Source: Acidobacteriota bacterium
Lineage (GTDB): Bacteria; Acidobacteriota; UBA890; WLXD01
Assembly (NCBI GenBank): GCA_965205505.1
Contig: CBDBHB010000009.1
Span: forward strand, 1,952,001-2,016,000
Reading direction: 5' to 3'
DNA: 64,000 nucleotides
A model generated the notes under the pieces. The model was not told the DNA's origin and made no database searches. It saw nothing but the letters and a program-made list of their open reading frames with translations. The position numbers and the translations under genes are program-made. Below, piece by piece: positions 59,970 to 64,000 of this stretch (position 1 is its first letter; each line of letters opens with the position of its first letter).

Positions 59970-61469
59970 CTACTGGAAGACCCAGGGGCCCAGCGGCACG
60001 TCGTTCGTGCAGCTGTCGTCGACAACAGCGTGGGGGTCTTCGAGGAAGGCCGCGATCATCGTCGTGCGGCAGGGCCCCGGGATCCCGTGTCCAAGCGCCT
60101 GGAACTCCACGAGCTGCAGGTTGGGCATGGTCCTGGCCACGTAGTGCCCCCAACGGATGCCGCAACACGAGTCGACCTGGCCGTGTAGCGACAATCCCGG
60201 AACATCGGAGTGGAAGCGATCGTTGTGTTCGGGCGGAACGGCCCCGTCAACGCCCCACCAGGCGCAGATCTTGATGTCTTCGAAACCAAGCAAGGCCGGC
60301 TCGCGCTCGAGCATGGCGCGAACGTCGTCCTTCGAGGGGCGGTTGGTTCCCAGGTCGCCACAGATATGCGCCAGGTAGTAACCGTAGGGAAGAATGCCGG
60401 AAGTGTCGTCGCCCGACACCTCGACCCACTGATCCGTTCCGAAGAAGTCGTCGAGGGCCGAGTAGTCATCGCGCTGGATCCTCGAGAGGACGTTCGGCAA
60501 CCTCGCGTAGATGTTCTCGAAGTCGCGGTAGATCTTGCCCATGAGCGCGACGCCGTCGAAAGACAATGTACGCTGCTCGCCGCTGGCAGTCTCGACGATG
60601 CTCGAGAAGGGCTTCTCGTCGAGGGCGCGCCGGGCGCGATCGATAGCGTAGTACCAGGCGGGCAGCAGCTCTCGGCAGTGCGGATCCTCGGCCACACAGA
60701 GTCCCAGGATGTCCGTGTACTTCTGCTTCAGGGTGTAGAACTCGTCGATCGCGGCGCGATTGCGGTACTCGCCGAACCACGGCGCGCCGAGGACCATGGA
60801 GCGCACGTTTTCCTGGTAGTAGCGCAAGTACGAGATCGCGCCGCCGCCGCCGGTCGACCAGCCGAGGATGTTGATCTTGTCGTACCCGAGCAGGGCACGA
60901 ATCTCGTCGACGTCGCGGGCCACGTCGTACTCATTGTAGTGAGCAACGTCGATGCCCTCGCTGACCAGCTTCTCGTAGCAGCGCTCAACGGATTCTGCGT
61001 GAATGCGCAGCCGCTCCCAGGTGTCGGTGGACGACACGATCGCCGGCGACAGCTGGTTGAACCACGGAGCGAGCTGGCTCCCGGGGCACTCCAGGTGGGG
61101 CTTGGCGTTGACGAACCCGCGATGATCAATGAGGACGACGGCGCGATCAGCGCTTACGTCGCGCAACCAGTCGAAACCGCGTAGCGGTGACCCGCCGGGT
61201 CCTCCGGGAAAGTAGAACAGAGGGTCATCGGACGGTGCGACCCCGCTGTTTGGCGGGATGATCCCCACGGGTAGCTCGACCACCGTATCGTTGGGGTCGT
61301 CGCGATTCTCCTGTCCGTAGAAGCGGTAACAATCCGCGTCGGCGGCCGCTAGCTCCTGGGTGACGCATTCCTCCGGTTCCAACCGTGGGATCTCGGCCGA
61401 CTCCTGTCCGCTTGCCCAGGCGCCGAGCATGAGGATGAACCCAGCGGCCAATGTCCTTACCGTCGCCAT
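59970..61469 (-). CDS. Secreted alpha/beta-fold hydrolase (TAP-like/S33)
   Basis: Signal peptide, PGGPGGS, DHRG, GWSTG, HGQVD, LGH. Confidence 0.85.
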   Translation of the reverse strand: MATVRTLAAGFILMLGAWASGQESAEIPRLEPEECVTQELAAADADCYRFYGQENRDDPNDTVVELPVGIIPPNSGVAPSDDPLFYFPGGPGGSPLRGFDWLRDVSADRAVVLIDHRGFVNAKPHLECPGSQLAPWFNQLSPAIVSSTDTWERLRIHAESVERCYEKLVSEGIDVAHYNEYDVARDVDEIRALLGYDKINILGWSTGGGGAISYLRYYQENVRSMVLGAPWFGEYRNRAAIDEFYTLKQKYTDILGLCVAEDPHCRELLPAWYYAIDRARRALDEKPFSSIVETASGEQRTLSFDGVALMGKIYRDFENIYARLPNVLSRIQRDDYSALDDFFGTDQWVEVSGDDTSGILPYGYYLAHICGDLGTNRPSKDDVRAMLEREPALLGFEDIKICAWWGVDGAVPPEHNDRFHSDVPGLSLHGQVDSCCGIRWGHYVARTMPNLQLVEFQALGHGIPGPCRTTMIAAFLEDPHAVVDDSCTNDVPLGPWVFQ

Positions 61470-61803
61470 CGTTGAAGCTCGGCGCTCGCTCATCCGAAAT
61501 CTCCTGATCCGAGGGGCGTGGACGCGCGACCAGTAGAATGGAGCCCGCGCGCGCCGGACGCAACGACCCGACCAGGATGACGTCAAGAAGGGGCCGCTCC
61601 GGTGGTCACGGAACTCGAGGTTTCGGGCCCTAGCAGGCCCGCGGCGCGTTGTTTGATAGTCTTCTCATTGTCGCGACGAGCATCCCCGGAATGTAGATTA
61701 CGCACTACTCACATCGAGGATGGCCTGGCAGTTGAACCGGCGCGCGGCCGGCAGGTAGGTTTGCGGCGATGTGTGAGGTGCCCTTGGGCGCAGGAGATCT
61801 TCG

Positions 61804-64000
61804 GTGAAAGAGCGCGAGCACGCGATCCGGTTTTTCGGCTTCCTCCTGGCGTTGACGGTCAGTGGGCTACCGGTCTCGAGCGCCGTCGCGGTGGCCGGTG
61901 CGAGCTGGAGTGCGACGTCGTCCGTGATGTTGGCGCAGGAGGCGCTGCCGGCGCAGACACCGAACTTCCGGTCCGCGGTTACGCGCGTGCGTGTCGACGC
62001 GATCGTTTCAAACAAGGACGGCAACTTCATCGACGACTTGAAGGCGGACGACTTCCGCGTATTCGAGGATGGGGTCGAGCAGTCGATCTTGAACGTCCAG
62101 TTGGTCAGCCTGGCAAAGGGCCAGGTGACGACCGTGGCCTCGCGCGACGAGGCGGTCGTGGCGTTCGATAGCGACATTGACGGCAGCCCGGGGGACAGCC
62201 AACCAGTGGCGCGCGAGGAATCGCCCGGCGCGCCGGCAGAGCCCACGCCCATCCGGCGAAGCCCTGCAAATCTGGGTGCTGTCGTCTATCTGGTCGACCT
62301 GCCGAGCCTGGATCGACGGAACAAGCCTCGGCTGACGAAGACATTCGAGGGATTCTTCGAAGGGGAGGGTGACCTGGAGGTACCGCGCAGCGTGTTCATG
62401 ATCGATCACAGCGGCACCGTTCAGGAGCTGGCCCCATTGACGACCGATCGTGAAGTGCTTCGCAATGCGGCGGCGGCGGTGGCGGCGGCAGGGCTAACGA
62501 GCACGTCTATCTTCAGCCGCATGGAACGCGAGTATCAGCCACTAATGCAGCAGGCTATCGACGCGCAGAATGCGGCGTCGGCCGGCGCACGAGGCCTCGA
62601 CGACTCCATGCCCATTACGGTGCGCGAGATCGTCGAAAATCTAGAGCGAAAGGCCGAGAGAGACGGCGAGGTCGAGCGCATGCGCGGCGAGCGGACGCTC
62701 CGGACACTTCTTCAGTTCACCAACGCCTTGTCGGCAATGGAGGGCCGCACCGCTCTGGTGTGGATCTCGTCCGGTGCGATGATCACCGAGGGTGGACCCT
62801 ACTCGGCTTTCTCGGCAGCGGTGCGTGAGGCGGTCGACGCTCCGATGGGAACATCGACGCTGGCAAGGTCGGCACCCAATACGCACATCCTGGACTTGAT
62901 GCAGGAAGTGTACGAGACGGCGAACACGGGTAACGTGAGCATCTACACGGTCGATCCGCGACCGATCTCGGAGCTCAACAACCTCGGCACCAGCGCCGCC
63001 ATCGGCCAGGGCTTGGTCTCCACGGCATTGCGGCGCCACGTCCGGCCGGCCTATCGCGACCTCACCACACCGCTCGTGGAGTTGGCCGCCAAGACCGGCG
63101 GCCGGGCGTTCATCGGCTGGGGGGATCTCGACCGGGCGTTCGAGGAGCAATACAACGACTCGACGCAGTTCTACCTGATCTTCTATGAGCCGCCAGCGCC
63201 CCACGAGGATGGTGAGTACCACGAGATCGAGGTGCAGGTGAGCTACCCGGATGCCGAGGTGCGAGCGCGGCCAGGCTATCGAGAGCTGCCGGGCTCGGAG
63301 CTCGAGACCCTCAAGGTGGCCGCCGCCTTGGCCTTGCCGGGCTCAGTCATGGGACGACCCGTGCCGGCCGCCGCGTTCCACCGTTTTGAGGCCGACGGCT
63401 CGGCCAAGATCGTGCTGGTTGCCGGGCTGCCGCGGCCCGCAGAGGCGGTCACGGGTAGCTGGGCACCGGCGTTCGGGGGAATCGATCCCGCCGAGGATAT
63501 CCTCGAGGAAATGATCGACATGCTCGGCATCCCGTTCTTCCGCGTGCACGCCATCGTGTTGAGCCGCGCCGGCGAGATCAGTGGCGAGACTCACGAGTTG
63601 GTTCAGCCACGCGAGGATCTGGCGGAGTACGCACCCGATGCAGCCTTCCGACACTTCCGCTATACGACGGAGTGGTCGGTCGAGCCGGGCACTTATGAAA
63701 TCCGTCTGTTGGTGGCCGAAGACGGCGGTGACCGACTCGGTACGTCAAGGCTCCAGGTGCAGGTTCCGTCCATTGACGAGTGGACGATAGCGGACCCGAT
63801 GCTTGTCGTGGTGGACGCCGATGCCGGGCTCAGACCCTTGCTGGACCAGGGCGTACCCGCAGGTATCCAGATCTCCGCGAGTGTTCAGGTGCGCGGTGCC
63901 ACGAGCCCCTACGTTTCTGCCTCGATCTTCCATCGCGCCACGCGACGCACCATGGCTGAAGTGCCAGCCCAGGCACTGCAGCTCGAGGGCCCCGGAGTAC
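61804..64000 (+). CDS. VWA-domain protein (VWFA-related acidobacterial family), runs off the window; absent from the ORF track
   Basis: AGGAG RBS, signal-like N-terminus, PNFRSAVTRVRVDAIVSNKDGNFIDDLKADDFRVFEDGVEQ, EGRTALVWISSG, IYTVDPR, LAAKTGGRAF, FYLIFYEP, VRARPGY. Confidence 0.88.
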   Translation, partial: MKEREHAIRFFGFLLALTVSGLPVSSAVAVAGASWSATSSVMLAQEALPAQTPNFRSAVTRVRVDAIVSNKDGNFIDDLKADDFRVFEDGVEQSILNVQLVSLAKGQVTTVASRDEAVVAFDSDIDGSPGDSQPVAREESPGAPAEPTPIRRSPANLGAVVYLVDLPSLDRRNKPRLTKTFEGFFEGEGDLEVPRSVFMIDHSGTVQELAPLTTDREVLRNAAAAVAAAGLTSTSIFSRMEREYQPLMQQAIDAQNAASAGARGLDDSMPITVREIVENLERKAERDGEVERMRGERTLRTLLQFTNALSAMEGRTALVWISSGAMITEGGPYSAFSAAVREAVDAPMGTSTLARSAPNTHILDLMQEVYETANTGNVSIYTVDPRPISELNNLGTSAAIGQGLVSTALRRHVRPAYRDLTTPLVELAAKTGGRAFIGWGDLDRAFEEQYNDSTQFYLIFYEPPAPHEDGEYHEIEVQVSYPDAEVRARPGYRELPGSELETLKVAAALALPGSVMGRPVPAAAFHRFEADGSAKIVLVAGLPRPAEAVTGSWAPAFGGIDPAEDILEEMIDMLGIPFFRVHAIVLSRAGEISGETHELVQPREDLAEYAPDAAFRHFRYTTEWSVEPGTYEIRLLVAEDGGDRLGTSRLQVQVPSIDEWTIADPMLVVVDADAGLRPLLDQGVPAGIQISASVQVRGATSPYVSASIFHRATRRTMAEVPAQALQLEGPGV

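Noticed and set aside
58430-60025. 531-aa cupin-agmatinase fusion ORF
   Set aside because: The middle stretch is non-protein-like; the cupin continues in another frame after the G8 run and agmatinase has its own GTG start

Overview
GC-rich bacterial window, probably from an Acidobacteriota genome or MAG. Clues are a VWFA-related acidobacterial protein, carboxypeptidase-regulatory/TonB-receptor and TPR genes, DUF5916 and choice-of-anchor B proteins. It holds about 45 genes, dominated by hydrolases and amine/amide/nitrogen catabolism (hydantoinase/oxoprolinase A+B, MttB, spermidine dehydrogenase-like, agmatinase, amidase, creatinase/ectoine-hydrolase-like, ureidoglycolate lyase-like) plus aspartate-family biosynthesis (thrA-asd, metA-metY). 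No rRNA, tRNA or CRISPR array was seen. Main hidden signals: (1) an exported selenoprotein missed by the ORF track, with an in-frame UGA in a W-U-A-G-C redoxin motif, a SECIS-like hairpin and a TPR-like region, apparently cut at its 3' end by an IS3 end; (2) a family of CTAG-flanked miniature inverted-repeat elements carrying a covarying ~75-nt structured module; (3) a giant secreted M14 peptidase in an operon with oxoprolinase and a symporter; (4) several deletion scars and small-indel frameshifts, some of which may be assembly errors.
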